A stretch of 16,681 nt of DNA, taken from contig JAYVCD010000170.1 of assembly GCA_043750125.1 (NCBI GenBank), positions 1 to 16,681 on the forward strand. The letters run 5' to 3'. Shown here piece after piece: positions 7,200-15,723 of the stretch (the first letter of the stretch is position 1; every line of letters starts with the position of its first letter). The notes beneath the pieces are model-generated. The model was not told the origin of the DNA. It saw only the letters and a program-made list of their open reading frames with translations, and made no database searches. The position numbers and the translations under genes were made by a program. Source of the stretch: Archangiaceae bacterium. Its GTDB lineage: Bacteria > Myxococcota > Myxococcia > Myxococcales > Myxococcaceae.

Positions 7200-7394
7200 A
7201 TGAAGCTGCTCGTTCTCGCTGCGCTGTTGGCCTCGGGCCTGTCGTTCAAGGCGCCGTCTTTGTCCTTCGTCCACCCCGAGCTTTCATTCACGGCGGCCAA
7301 TGGCAAAGACGGCGGAAAGAAGAAAAAAGATGAAGAGAAGGAAGAGGACCGCGCCCTGGCGTCGTCCCGGATTCTGACTTCCCCTATTTCTTGA
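7200..7394 (+). CDS. Small hypothetical protein with signal-peptide-like N-terminus and a highly charged segment (64 aa)
   Basis: MKLLVLAALLASGLSFKAPSLSFVHPELSFTAANGKDGGKKKKDEEKEEDRALASSRILTSPIS. It fills the gap between cytochrome c and the kinase, and its 3' end overlaps the kinase 3' end by 11 bp. Confidence 0.5.
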   Translation: MKLLVLAALLASGLSFKAPSLSFVHPELSFTAANGKDGGKKKKDEEKEEDRALASSRILTSPIS

Positions 7395-9021
7395 AAAGGT
7401 CGGCCTTGAGCACCACTTCGGTGCCGGCCGCCACCTTCACCGTCACCTTCTTGTTCACGCCGAGCTGAGGATTCTTGAGCGTGAAGGTGGCATTGCCCGG
7501 CGGGACTTCCACCGGGTTCTTCAAGGGCGTCGTTCCGTAGCTCTTGCCGTTGAAGAAGACCTCTGCCCATGGGTTGACGCGCACCGTGACGTGACCGGGT
7601 CTGGGTGGAGCCACCCGGCGCCGGGGGGGCCGGGTCCGGGGCGTTTCGACCGGGTCTTCGAGGGCGACAGGCTCGACGCCCGAATCGACAGGCGGCTCGA
7701 CCGCCACCACGCCCGTGGGCACCGCGGGGTCGGGCTCGGGCACTTTGATCCGCGCATCCAGCACCAGCGGAGGAACGACCACCGGTTCGGGCGAGGGCTT
7801 GAGAATGAGCCACAAAACCGAGCCCAACAGGACCGCGACGACGGCGGCGGCAGCGACTTTCGGCCCGCGCGGCGCTCGCACCCCGAGGTTCGCGACCTCT
7901 TCCCTTCTGGACACAGGGACGGCGATCATGTCCGGGCCGGAGCTCGTCCCAGAGCGTTGTTGAAACTGAAACGCGGGCTCGATCACCGTGGGCGAGATGG
8001 CCCACATGTCACTGGGAGGATGGAGTCCCAGGTTCCTGGGCATCGGCAAGACGTCGGTGCCTGCGCCCCCGAGGGCGGGCTCCATCGTCGCGACACTGGG
8101 GTTGGTCATCACCACCTCGCGGCCAAACAACTCTTCGAGGAACGAGGCGACGTGCGCGGAGGTCAGCGGCTCACCCGAGACCGCGATGAACTCTTCCAGT
8201 GCGTGGCCGAAGGCGTCTGCACTTTCCCACCGTCGGGACGGATCTCCTTGAAGCGCCTTCTCGAGGATCACGTTCAGCTCGGGCGGGAGATCCGGCCGAT
8301 TGACCCACTGGGGCCGGTTCTGCATCACGTCGTCGGGCGTCTTCGGCGCGTGGGCCGGCAGCTCGAGAGTGACCAGCTCGTGGAGCATCACTCCCATCGC
8401 GTACAGGTCGATGCGGGCATCGATGGTGGCGCCCGAGATGAACTGTTCGGGCGCCATGTAGGCGAACTTTCCTTTGAGCTGACCCACGAAGGTGAAGTTG
8501 CGGGTCATCGCCTTGGCGATTCCGAAGTCGACCAGCTTCACTGCGCCCGAGAAGCTGACCAGCACGTTGTCGGGGCTCACGTCCCGATGAAGAATTCCCA
8601 GCGGCCGACCGCCTTCGTCGGTAAGCCGGTGCGCGAACTGCAGTCCCTGCAGCGCCTGAGCGCAGATGCGGGCGGCGATCCGCGGCGGAAATCGGATGTT
8701 CTGCTTTCGGGCCTCGTTCAGACACGCGCGGCAAGACCTGCCGTGGACGTGCTCCATCGCGATGAACCAGGTGTCGCTCTCGTGCTCGAGGCCGAAGATC
8801 TGGGCGATGTTCGGGTGCTGGAGCTGGGCGGCCAGCCGCGCCTCGTTGAGGAACATGTCGATGAAGCCCTGGTCATCGGCGAGGTGACGCAAGATGCGTT
8901 TGATCACCACCGTCTTCGAAAACCCGGCCGGGCCTTCCTGACGCGCGAGAAACACCTCTCCCATGCCTCCAGTGGCGATAAGAGACAACAACCGGTATTT
9001 GCCGAGTTTCTCGGTGTCCAT
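7384..9021 (-). CDS. Hanks-type Ser/Thr protein kinase with one TM helix and a C-terminal PEGA-like domain (545 aa)
   Basis: Start placed at ATG 9021 (MDTEKLGKYRL). Motifs: IATGGMGEVF, VVIKRI, HRDVSPDN, DFGIAK, GKFAYMAPE, DLYAMG; TM VAAAAVVAVLLGSVLWLIL; PEGA-like VRVNPWAEVFFNGKSYGTTPL. Confidence 0.95.
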   Translation of the reverse strand: MDTEKLGKYRLLSLIATGGMGEVFLARQEGPAGFSKTVVIKRILRHLADDQGFIDMFLNEARLAAQLQHPNIAQIFGLEHESDTWFIAMEHVHGRSCRACLNEARKQNIRFPPRIAARICAQALQGLQFAHRLTDEGGRPLGILHRDVSPDNVLVSFSGAVKLVDFGIAKAMTRNFTFVGQLKGKFAYMAPEQFISGATIDARIDLYAMGVMLHELVTLELPAHAPKTPDDVMQNRPQWVNRPDLPPELNVILEKALQGDPSRRWESADAFGHALEEFIAVSGEPLTSAHVASFLEELFGREVVMTNPSVATMEPALGGAGTDVLPMPRNLGLHPPSDMWAISPTVIEPAFQFQQRSGTSSGPDMIAVPVSRREEVANLGVRAPRGPKVAAAAVVAVLLGSVLWLILKPSPEPVVVPPLVLDARIKVPEPDPAVPTGVVAVEPPVDSGVEPVALEDPVETPRTRPPRRRVAPPRPGHVTVRVNPWAEVFFNGKSYGTTPLKNPVEVPPGNATFTLKNPQLGVNKKVTVKVAAGTEVVLKADLFKK

Positions 9022-9046
9022 CAGTTGGAGACGCTTCGGGGTGATT

Positions 9047-9979
9047 CTAGAGGCCGGGCGTCCGTTGTCTCGACGCTTCAGCGAGCGTGACCGGTTCACC
9101 GTCACTCCACAACCAACCAAATACTTCTTTGAGGCGCTTGAGCTTCTCTCGCACAGGCACCTTCAGGTCCCGCTGCTGCCGGGCCAGCACTGCGGGCACC
9201 CCATCTGACTCGTCGAGCACGTCGATCGCGTGGAGCTCGAAGTTTACCAGGAGGTCGTTTTTCAGGCCCCGGTAGGTCGCCTTGACGAGCGCCCACGGCA
9301 GCTGGGTGACGAGGGTCCCGATGAACGGCAGCCGGGTTCCAGGCGCGACCGACACCGGCAGCTCGAGCAGAGGCGCCTGGCCTTTGGAGTAGGGAGCGAG
9401 GAGATCAGGTCGATAGGGGACCCGGGGGGCAAACAGGACCCGTGGAGTGTCGAGCACCGCGCGCGAAGGTCGTCCGAGCAGTTTGAGCGCTCCCATCACC
9501 ATTGCTTTGGCCGAATAGTAGGGAGTCGCGGGGAACGTCGATGAGTCGTACGCGTAACCCAGGGCGGCGACGGCCTGAAGCAGCGCCGGGGACAGGGTGT
9601 AGCCGGGGGCCCGAAAGCCAACCGGGGCCACTCCCACCGCTGCGGCAATCGCCTGATGAGCGGCTTTGAGATCCACCGCGATTTTCTCGGGCGACCCACG
9701 CGACAGCGCATAGTCATGCGAAAAGCTGTGGCTCGCGATTTCGACCTTCGCCGCGTGCGCGGCTCGCAACGCCTGAGCCATCTGGGGGTCGGCCAGGTCC
9801 TCGCCGATCGCGAAGAACGTGGCGGGCCGTCCATCGAACAGCTCGAGGTAGCGGTCCACCGCGACCTGGCTCACCAGCGTCCGGGCGCGGGCGTCGATCA
9901 GCGCTTCGTCGAGGCCCTGAATGCGGAAGTAGTGCGGCAGGGTGTCGAGATCGACCGAGACCGCAGCCAGGCGATGCAA
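9047..9979 (-). CDS. Polysaccharide deacetylase (CE4/NodB-like), 310 aa
   Basis: Probable TTG start at 9979 with GGAGG upstream, just after the GT2 stop. Motifs VSVDLD, ATFFAIG, EIASHSFSH, GFRAPGY, YDSS, LLELPV. Confidence 0.88.
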   Translation of the reverse strand: MHRLAAVSVDLDTLPHYFRIQGLDEALIDARARTLVSQVAVDRYLELFDGRPATFFAIGEDLADPQMAQALRAAHAAKVEIASHSFSHDYALSRGSPEKIAVDLKAAHQAIAAAVGVAPVGFRAPGYTLSPALLQAVAALGYAYDSSTFPATPYYSAKAMVMGALKLLGRPSRAVLDTPRVLFAPRVPYRPDLLAPYSKGQAPLLELPVSVAPGTRLPFIGTLVTQLPWALVKATYRGLKNDLLVNFELHAIDVLDESDGVPAVLARQQRDLKVPVREKLKRLKEVFGWLWSDGEPVTLAEASRQRTPGL

Positions 9980-9983
9980 CGGG

Positions 9984-10691
9984 CTACCTCCCCCGAATTC
10001 GAATGACGTAGACCAACTTGGCGACATTTCGCAGCACGTTGGGGACGCGCCGGAAGAGGTGAATCGAGGGCTGCCGTTTCTCTTGAAGCTGAATCGGGAT
10101 CTCGAGCACGTTGAGCCCATCGCGCCACGCGCGCACTACGAACTCGCTGGCGAACACGTCCATGTCCACCACACAGCGCGAGATGGTGGGGAGCAACGAT
10201 TGGCGCCGAAAGGCCTTGAGCCCGTGGGTGTCGGTGCCTTTGAAGCCGAGCGCCGCCCATAACAACTTGTTGTGCATCCGGGTGGCGACCCGCCGAACGA
10301 TGGGTCGTTGATCCGACGCGCCGTGCGCCGCTTTGCTGCCGACCACCAGGTCCGCTTCTTGATTTTCCAGGCGGGGAAGTGCCGCGTCGTAGAAGACCAG
10401 GTCGCAGAGGTCGATTTCGTCACAGACCACCAGCTCGCCCAGCGCCATCTGGATTCCCTGCTTGAGCGCGCTGCCGTAGTTGGGTCGTTCGCTGTGAAAC
10501 CATCTCAGGCGTGGGTCTGCCGCACACATCCTCTCGAGGATCTGGGGGGTCGCGTCGCGCGAACCATTCTCAGCGAAGATGATCTCGTAGTCCCAGCCGC
10601 GCGCGTCCAGGCCGGCCATCAGCTCGCGGGCTGCGGACTCAACGATCGACTCCTCGTTGTAGACGGGGATGACGATGGATAGATGCGGCAT
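9984..10691 (-). CDS. Glycosyltransferase family 2 (polyprenol-phosphate glycosyltransferase/DPM-DPG synthase-like), 235 aa
   Basis: Start placed at ATG 10691. Motifs LSIVIPVYNEE, YEIIFAENGSRDAT, NYGSALKQG, ADLVVGSK, TDTHGLKAFRR, VLEIPI. Confidence 0.9.
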   Translation of the reverse strand: MPHLSIVIPVYNEESIVESAARELMAGLDARGWDYEIIFAENGSRDATPQILERMCAADPRLRWFHSERPNYGSALKQGIQMALGELVVCDEIDLCDLVFYDAALPRLENQEADLVVGSKAAHGASDQRPIVRRVATRMHNKLLWAALGFKGTDTHGLKAFRRQSLLPTISRCVVDMDVFASEFVVRAWRDGLNVLEIPIQLQEKRQPSIHLFRRVPNVLRNVAKLVYVIRIRGR

Positions 10692-10783
10692 TTTTCGCGG
10701 CGGCGCGTAGCACGGACAATCGCCAGCGTCACTCTCGTAAGGTAACGTGCGCCCGCTTCGGACATATCGGTTCAAGGAGATTC

Positions 10784-13700
10784 ATGAAGGTCGCGTGCCC
10801 TTCCTGCAACGCCAACCTCAACATTGACGACAAGAAGATCCCGACGGGGGGCGCTCGCATCAAGTGCCCGACGTGCCAACAGATCTTCCCCGTCAAAGCT
10901 GCCGTGTCACCCCCGCCCGGAATGGCCGCAGTTCCGCTTCCCGGCCTCACTGCGGCCCGAACGGAAAAGCCCAGTTGGGAAGAAGAGTCGACGCGGATCA
11001 TGCCGCCCGAGATGATCCCCGGAGCGCTGACCAACGCCGCGCCCCCATCGAACATCAAAGCGGTTCCCCTTCCCGGCCAGTCCGCGCCTGCGCCGCAGTC
11101 GTCGACTGCCCGCACCGGCGCGATCCCTCTGCCTGGCGGGAGCGCGAAGGCGGCCCCCCATTGGGAAGTCGAGTCGACCCAAGTACAGGCGTCGACCCCC
11201 GGCAGCGCGATTCCACTGCCCGGCAACTCCGAACCGACCCGGGTCGCCCGGCCCCCTGCCCCCACCGGCGGCGGCGAGGTTGATTTCGCGGACGACAACG
11301 ACGTGGGTCTTGTCGACAGCGGCCCGACCGCTGCGTACCCCGCGATTCCCCTTCCGGGCGGCAACCCTTCGTTTGCACCGCGCGCGTCATCGGGGCTCGG
11401 TGCGATGGACGAGGGACTCAATCCGCGGCCTGGCACAATGAACCAAGGCGCGATTCCTCTGCCCGGCAATGATGCGCAGACCGGGCAACATGCCGGGTTC
11501 GACGCGACGGGCCAGGGCGCGATTCCGCTTCCCGGCGGCTACGAGGAAGACACCGGTCAACACCCCGGACTGGGAACGAGGACCGACGGGGCGATTCCCC
11601 TTCCCGGCAGCTACGAAGACACCGGTCAACACCCCGGACTGGGAACGAGGACCGACGGGGCGATTCCCCTGCCCGGCAGCTACGAAGACACCGGCCAACA
11701 CCCCGGACTGGGAACGATGACCGACGGGGCGATTCCCCTTCCCGGCAGCTACGAAGACACCGGCCAACACCCCGGACTGGGAATGATGACCGACGGGGCG
11801 ATTCCTCTTCCCGGCGGCTACGAGGACACCGGTCAACACCCCGGACTGGGAATGATGACCCACGGGGCGATTCCTCTGCCGGGCAATTACGAGGACACCG
11901 GTCAACACCCCGGGCTGGGAATGAGGCCCGACGGGGCGATTCCTCTTCCCGGCGGTTACGAAGACAGCGGTCACCCTCCCGGGGCGGGCGCGCGAGAGCT
12001 CGGAGCCATTCCTCTTCCCGGCAGCTATGTACCGACGGGGCCCCATTCGGATAATGGCGCGATCGACGACCGTGCCATTCCTCTTCCCGGGAGCTACGCG
12101 CCGACCGGGGGGCATGCGGCGTTCGACTCCGCGCACGACGACACGACCGGACAGCACCTGGGCCTCGAAGAGGAGAACGCTCCCACCGCCACGTATCAGT
12201 CTCTGACGATTGAGGACCTGCCCCGCCCGCCGAAGGCGTTTGCGTTCGACCCTCCGGTTCCGGTGGCAACGAAGAGCGAGGCTGCGAAGTTCGACTTCTC
12301 TGATCTTCCCTCTCCCAAAGGCCCGGTTCCTCGCGCGCCTCCGGTGGCCGCGCCGTCGTTCGAAGCTCCGTCGCTCGAAGCCCCGTCGTTCGAAGCCCCG
12401 TCGTTCGAAGCTCCGTCGTTCGAAGAATCGTCGTTCGAGGACGTGACGTTCGAAGAGCCGCCGGCTCCACCGCCGCGGCCGGCGAAAGTGCCGGCGTTCG
12501 ACTTCTCAGACCTGCCTTCTCCGCGCGGTGTGGCAACCACCCGGGTCGATCGACCTCGGCCTCCGCAGTACACCGACCTGCCCTCGCCTGCCGCGGCCGC
12601 TGATCCGTTCGAGTCTCCTGACTTTTCGAATGATCTTCCGATGCCTTCGACGCCGGACCTGCCGTCTCCGGCGGAGCCCAGCGATCTGGACTTCAGCTTC
12701 GACACGGCGCCACCGCCTCCCGTTTCCCGAACGCCGGTGGAACGGCCGGTCGAGGCACCGCAAGCGGTTCCTTCTTTTGGAGAGGTGGAGTTCGATTCCG
12801 GCAACGAGTCGCTGGAGTTTGATCCGACTCAGACTCCGAGTGCGGTCGATGATCTCGAAGCCGATTTGTCCGCGCCTCCCCAGGCGGGCAAGCCCGCGTC
12901 CTCTGCCGACGGTCTGGAAATGCTCTCTTTCATTGATCAGACCGCGCGTGAGGCGGGAATCAAGGAAGGCAGCCAGGGCAAGGCGCGCAGGTTCCACATT
13001 CGCCGCCGCAGCGGCAAGGTCTTCGGCCCCTTCGATGACGGGGTCATCATCAAGATGCTCGAAGATGGGCAGCTGCTCGGCAACGAAGAGGTCTCGCTCG
13101 ATGCCGAGTCGTGGCAGCCGATCGGAGGCGAGCCCACGTTCCAGGGAGCTATTGCACGGCTGATGGAAACCCCGTCGCGGGCGGCCACCGCGACAACCCA
13201 GAAGGTAGGGGACCCGTCGCGTCAGCAGGTCGCTTCGATGGACCGCCTGAAAAATCTCTACGAGGGCCGAATGGCCGCAGTGGCCGTCGTTCAGGGCAAG
13301 GAACCTGTCCCTTTTCGCAAGCGATTGCCGTTCATCCTGGTCGGGCTTTTGGTGGCCGGGGTGCTCGGCACCGGGGCTTTTCTGGGAACGACCCCCTACG
13401 GCTTTTTTGGTCTCAAGGTGCTGGTGCCGGCGAAAGTCAAAGCGGGCAGCCGGGAGTTTGCCGACCTGCAGTCTGCTCAAAAGTCGCTGCTGTCCGACAC
13501 ATTCAAGGGCTACCAACAGGCCCGCGACACCGCCCAATCGACCCTGCGGGTGAAGGAATACCCTGAAGCCCGGGCGATCTGGTGTCAGTCGATTTTCTAC
13601 CTGCAACGAAAGTATTCGGCCGCGACGCCGGCCGAGCTTCAACAAGCAGAGGCTGAGCTCGAGAACATCGAGCTGCTGGGTGCCAAGAATCCGGAAGTGG

Positions 13701-15715
13701 TCAAGGCGAGGGCAGGCAGCGCGCTCACCCACCACCGAGCAGATGAGGCGCTCGCGCTGTTGGGCGATGCGCTCGCGAGGTCGGAAAATGCCGACGACCT
13801 CGAGCTGACGTTCCTTCGGGCTGAGGCCTTCGGGCAGAAGACCCAATCGGCTCAGGCTCGAAGCGAGCTCGAGGCCATCTTGAAGAAAAAGCCCGACTCG
13901 GCCCGCGCCCTTCACGCGCTGGGAAATCTGCACCAGACCCAGAAAGAAGCAGACCTCGCGGCAGGCCGGTACGAAGAGGCGCTGAAGGCGGATCCCGAGC
14001 ACGCCTCGTCCGCCGTCGAGCTGGCGGCGATCGAGCTGCTGATCCGAAAGGACGCGAACAAAGGCACTGTGGCCATTGACCAGGCATTGGTTGCGACCCG
14101 CCGCGACAAGCTGGGGCCCGCTGAGCTGGGCAAGGCGCTGGCGCTGAAGGCCGAAGCACTGGCGATGCAGCACAAAACCGAAGAGGCGATTCCTCTCTTC
14201 GAAGAGGCGCTGAAGACCGACCCGGCGAATGCGTTCACCGAGGCCCGGCTCGCGGCGGCCTACGTGGCGCTGCATGACCACGCGAAGGCGCTCCCGTTCT
14301 TCAAGGCGGCTGCTGAGGCGGCGCCGGAAAGCCTGGAATATGCAGAGGCTTATTTGTCGTCGCTGATCGCGCTGGGAAAGATGGACGAGGCGATGCGGGT
14401 GGTGACGGCTTCGAGTGCTCGCTTTCCAGCCAACGCGCGATTGACCTACCTCGGGGCACGGGTGGACGACGCGCTCGATCGCACCAAGGAAGCCGAGGCG
14501 GCGTACCTCAAAGCAGCGGCCGCGGACCCCACGCTGGTCGACGCCCACCTCTACCTGGCCCGCCTGTACCTGCGCTTTCGCCGACTGAGCGAAGCCAGGC
14601 CCCAGCTCGATGCGGCGCTGAGAAAGGCACCGGACAACGCAGAAGTGCGGGTGGTGATTGGCGAGCTGGCCCTTTCAGAAAATGATCTCGATCGCGCAGA
14701 GATCGAGCTGAAGCGCGCGCTCGAGCTCAACCCGGTCTTGAGCGAGGCGCACGTGGGCCTCTCACGGCTCGAGCTCGCGAAGGGCAAGAGCGACCTCGCG
14801 CTGGCCGCGGTGGACAAAGCGCTGTTGATCAACCCGACCGTGGTGGGAGGCCGCCTTCAGCGCGGGACGTCGCTGTGGAAGTTGGGCCGGTTGGACGAAG
14901 CGGCGAAGGAGCTCGAGACCGCGCGGGTGGACGAGCCCCGGAATACCAACGTCATCGTGATCCTCGGAGCCGTGCAGCTCGAGAAGAAGGACCTCAGCGG
15001 CGCGACGGCCAGCTTGATGACGGCCATCGCCAGCGAGCCCTCGAACCCCGAGGCGAACTTCTACCTGGCGAAGGTCAAGAACCTCAAAGCCGAGCACACC
15101 GGAGCGATCGAGCACATGAAGAAGGCGATCGAGCTGCAGCCCAAGCGGGTCGAGTACCGATATTGGATGGGGCAGATCTACCTCGATGCGAAAAAGAACC
15201 AGGAGGCGATCGATGAGTGGAACGCCGCGCTCGCGCTCGACCCGAAGTACACCGACGCGCTCGAAGCGCTGGGGCATGTCTTCCTCGAGCGCAATGACAT
15301 CAAGAAGGCGGTGCAGTACTTCCAGCGCGCCCTCGAGACGGATCCCAACCGGAGCGCGGCCCAGGCGGCGATCGGCGACGCCTATTCTCAAGGTGAGCAG
15401 TGGGCCCAGGCGATCACCACCTATGAGAAAGCGCTGAAGGCCGACCCCGAGCTCAAGAGCGTCTATTTCAAGCTGGGTCAGGCCTATGGCGAGGTGAAGA
15501 ACTTCGACCAGGCGATTTCGCACTACAAGAAGGCCGCGCTGGTCGACAAGGACAACGCTTCGATCTGGCTCTCGCTGGGCTACGCCTACAAAGAACGGAA
15601 GCAGCGCGGGGAAGCAGCGGCCGCATTCGAGCGCTACCTCGCCAAGCGGCCCGACGCAGACAACAAAAAGGAGATTGAGGACGAGATCGACTACCTCAAG
15701 AAGAAGGAGGAGTAA
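10784..15715 (+). CDS. Large bitopic membrane protein: MJ0042-type zinc ribbon, Pro/acidic repeat linker, GYF_2-like domain, TM helix, long TPR array (1643 aa)
   Basis: SD AAGGAG upstream. CPSC...KIP..GARIKCPTC at the N-terminus; FHIRRRSGKVFGPFD...MLEDGQL...WQPI (~12990-13160); TM LPFILVGLLVAGVLGTGAFLG (~13325-13387); many ~34-aa TPR units, e.g. ARALHALGNLHQTQKEADLAAGRYEEALKADPEH and TDALEALGHVFLERNDIKKAVQYFQRALETDPNR. Confidence 0.92.
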   Translation: MKVACPSCNANLNIDDKKIPTGGARIKCPTCQQIFPVKAAVSPPPGMAAVPLPGLTAARTEKPSWEEESTRIMPPEMIPGALTNAAPPSNIKAVPLPGQSAPAPQSSTARTGAIPLPGGSAKAAPHWEVESTQVQASTPGSAIPLPGNSEPTRVARPPAPTGGGEVDFADDNDVGLVDSGPTAAYPAIPLPGGNPSFAPRASSGLGAMDEGLNPRPGTMNQGAIPLPGNDAQTGQHAGFDATGQGAIPLPGGYEEDTGQHPGLGTRTDGAIPLPGSYEDTGQHPGLGTRTDGAIPLPGSYEDTGQHPGLGTMTDGAIPLPGSYEDTGQHPGLGMMTDGAIPLPGGYEDTGQHPGLGMMTHGAIPLPGNYEDTGQHPGLGMRPDGAIPLPGGYEDSGHPPGAGARELGAIPLPGSYVPTGPHSDNGAIDDRAIPLPGSYAPTGGHAAFDSAHDDTTGQHLGLEEENAPTATYQSLTIEDLPRPPKAFAFDPPVPVATKSEAAKFDFSDLPSPKGPVPRAPPVAAPSFEAPSLEAPSFEAPSFEAPSFEESSFEDVTFEEPPAPPPRPAKVPAFDFSDLPSPRGVATTRVDRPRPPQYTDLPSPAAAADPFESPDFSNDLPMPSTPDLPSPAEPSDLDFSFDTAPPPPVSRTPVERPVEAPQAVPSFGEVEFDSGNESLEFDPTQTPSAVDDLEADLSAPPQAGKPASSADGLEMLSFIDQTAREAGIKEGSQGKARRFHIRRRSGKVFGPFDDGVIIKMLEDGQLLGNEEVSLDAESWQPIGGEPTFQGAIARLMETPSRAATATTQKVGDPSRQQVASMDRLKNLYEGRMAAVAVVQGKEPVPFRKRLPFILVGLLVAGVLGTGAFLGTTPYGFFGLKVLVPAKVKAGSREFADLQSAQKSLLSDTFKGYQQARDTAQSTLRVKEYPEARAIWCQSIFYLQRKYSAATPAELQQAEAELENIELLGAKNPEVVKARAGSALTHHRADEALALLGDALARSENADDLELTFLRAEAFGQKTQSAQARSELEAILKKKPDSARALHALGNLHQTQKEADLAAGRYEEALKADPEHASSAVELAAIELLIRKDANKGTVAIDQALVATRRDKLGPAELGKALALKAEALAMQHKTEEAIPLFEEALKTDPANAFTEARLAAAYVALHDHAKALPFFKAAAEAAPESLEYAEAYLSSLIALGKMDEAMRVVTASSARFPANARLTYLGARVDDALDRTKEAEAAYLKAAAADPTLVDAHLYLARLYLRFRRLSEARPQLDAALRKAPDNAEVRVVIGELALSENDLDRAEIELKRALELNPVLSEAHVGLSRLELAKGKSDLALAAVDKALLINPTVVGGRLQRGTSLWKLGRLDEAAKELETARVDEPRNTNVIVILGAVQLEKKDLSGATASLMTAIASEPSNPEANFYLAKVKNLKAEHTGAIEHMKKAIELQPKRVEYRYWMGQIYLDAKKNQEAIDEWNAALALDPKYTDALEALGHVFLERNDIKKAVQYFQRALETDPNRSAAQAAIGDAYSQGEQWAQAITTYEKALKADPELKSVYFKLGQAYGEVKNFDQAISHYKKAALVDKDNASIWLSLGYAYKERKQRGEAAAAFERYLAKRPDADNKKEIEDEIDYLKKKEE
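11447..12115 (+). repeat. Intragenic 69-bp (23-aa) tandem repeat, consensus GAIPLPGSYEDTGQHPGLGxxTD; about 10 units, 6 nearly identical
   Basis: The Ile codons of IPLPG start at 11453, 11522, 11594, 11663, 11732, 11801, 11870, 11939, 12008 and 12077 (69-bp period, one 72-bp unit). Confidence 0.97.
12350..12454 (+). repeat. Intragenic 15-bp (5-aa) tandem repeat, 7 units: APSFE APSLE APSFE APSFE APSFE ESSFE DVTFE
   Basis: Repeated GCNCCGTCGTTCGAA, in frame with the 1643-aa ORF and decaying at the 3' end. Confidence 0.93.
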
Positions 15716-15723
15716 GGAGGGTC

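Noticed and set aside
11447..12115. Periodic 69-bp array as a possible CRISPR array
   Set aside because: The would-be spacers are near-identical to each other, every unit length is a multiple of 3 within an open frame, much of the variation is synonymous, and no cas genes are present.
12506..14548. 680-aa minus-strand ORF and other long antisense ORFs (750-1793, 1679-2797, 4901-6277, 7591-9090, 15691-16443)
   Set aside because: They mirror well-supported genes on the opposite strand and show no recognisable motifs; long shadow ORFs are expected from high-GC codon bias.
10784..15715. Assigning a named motility gene symbol (gltJ/agmX, sgmX, agmK)
   Set aside because: It shares domains with such proteins but I cannot establish orthology from the sequence alone.
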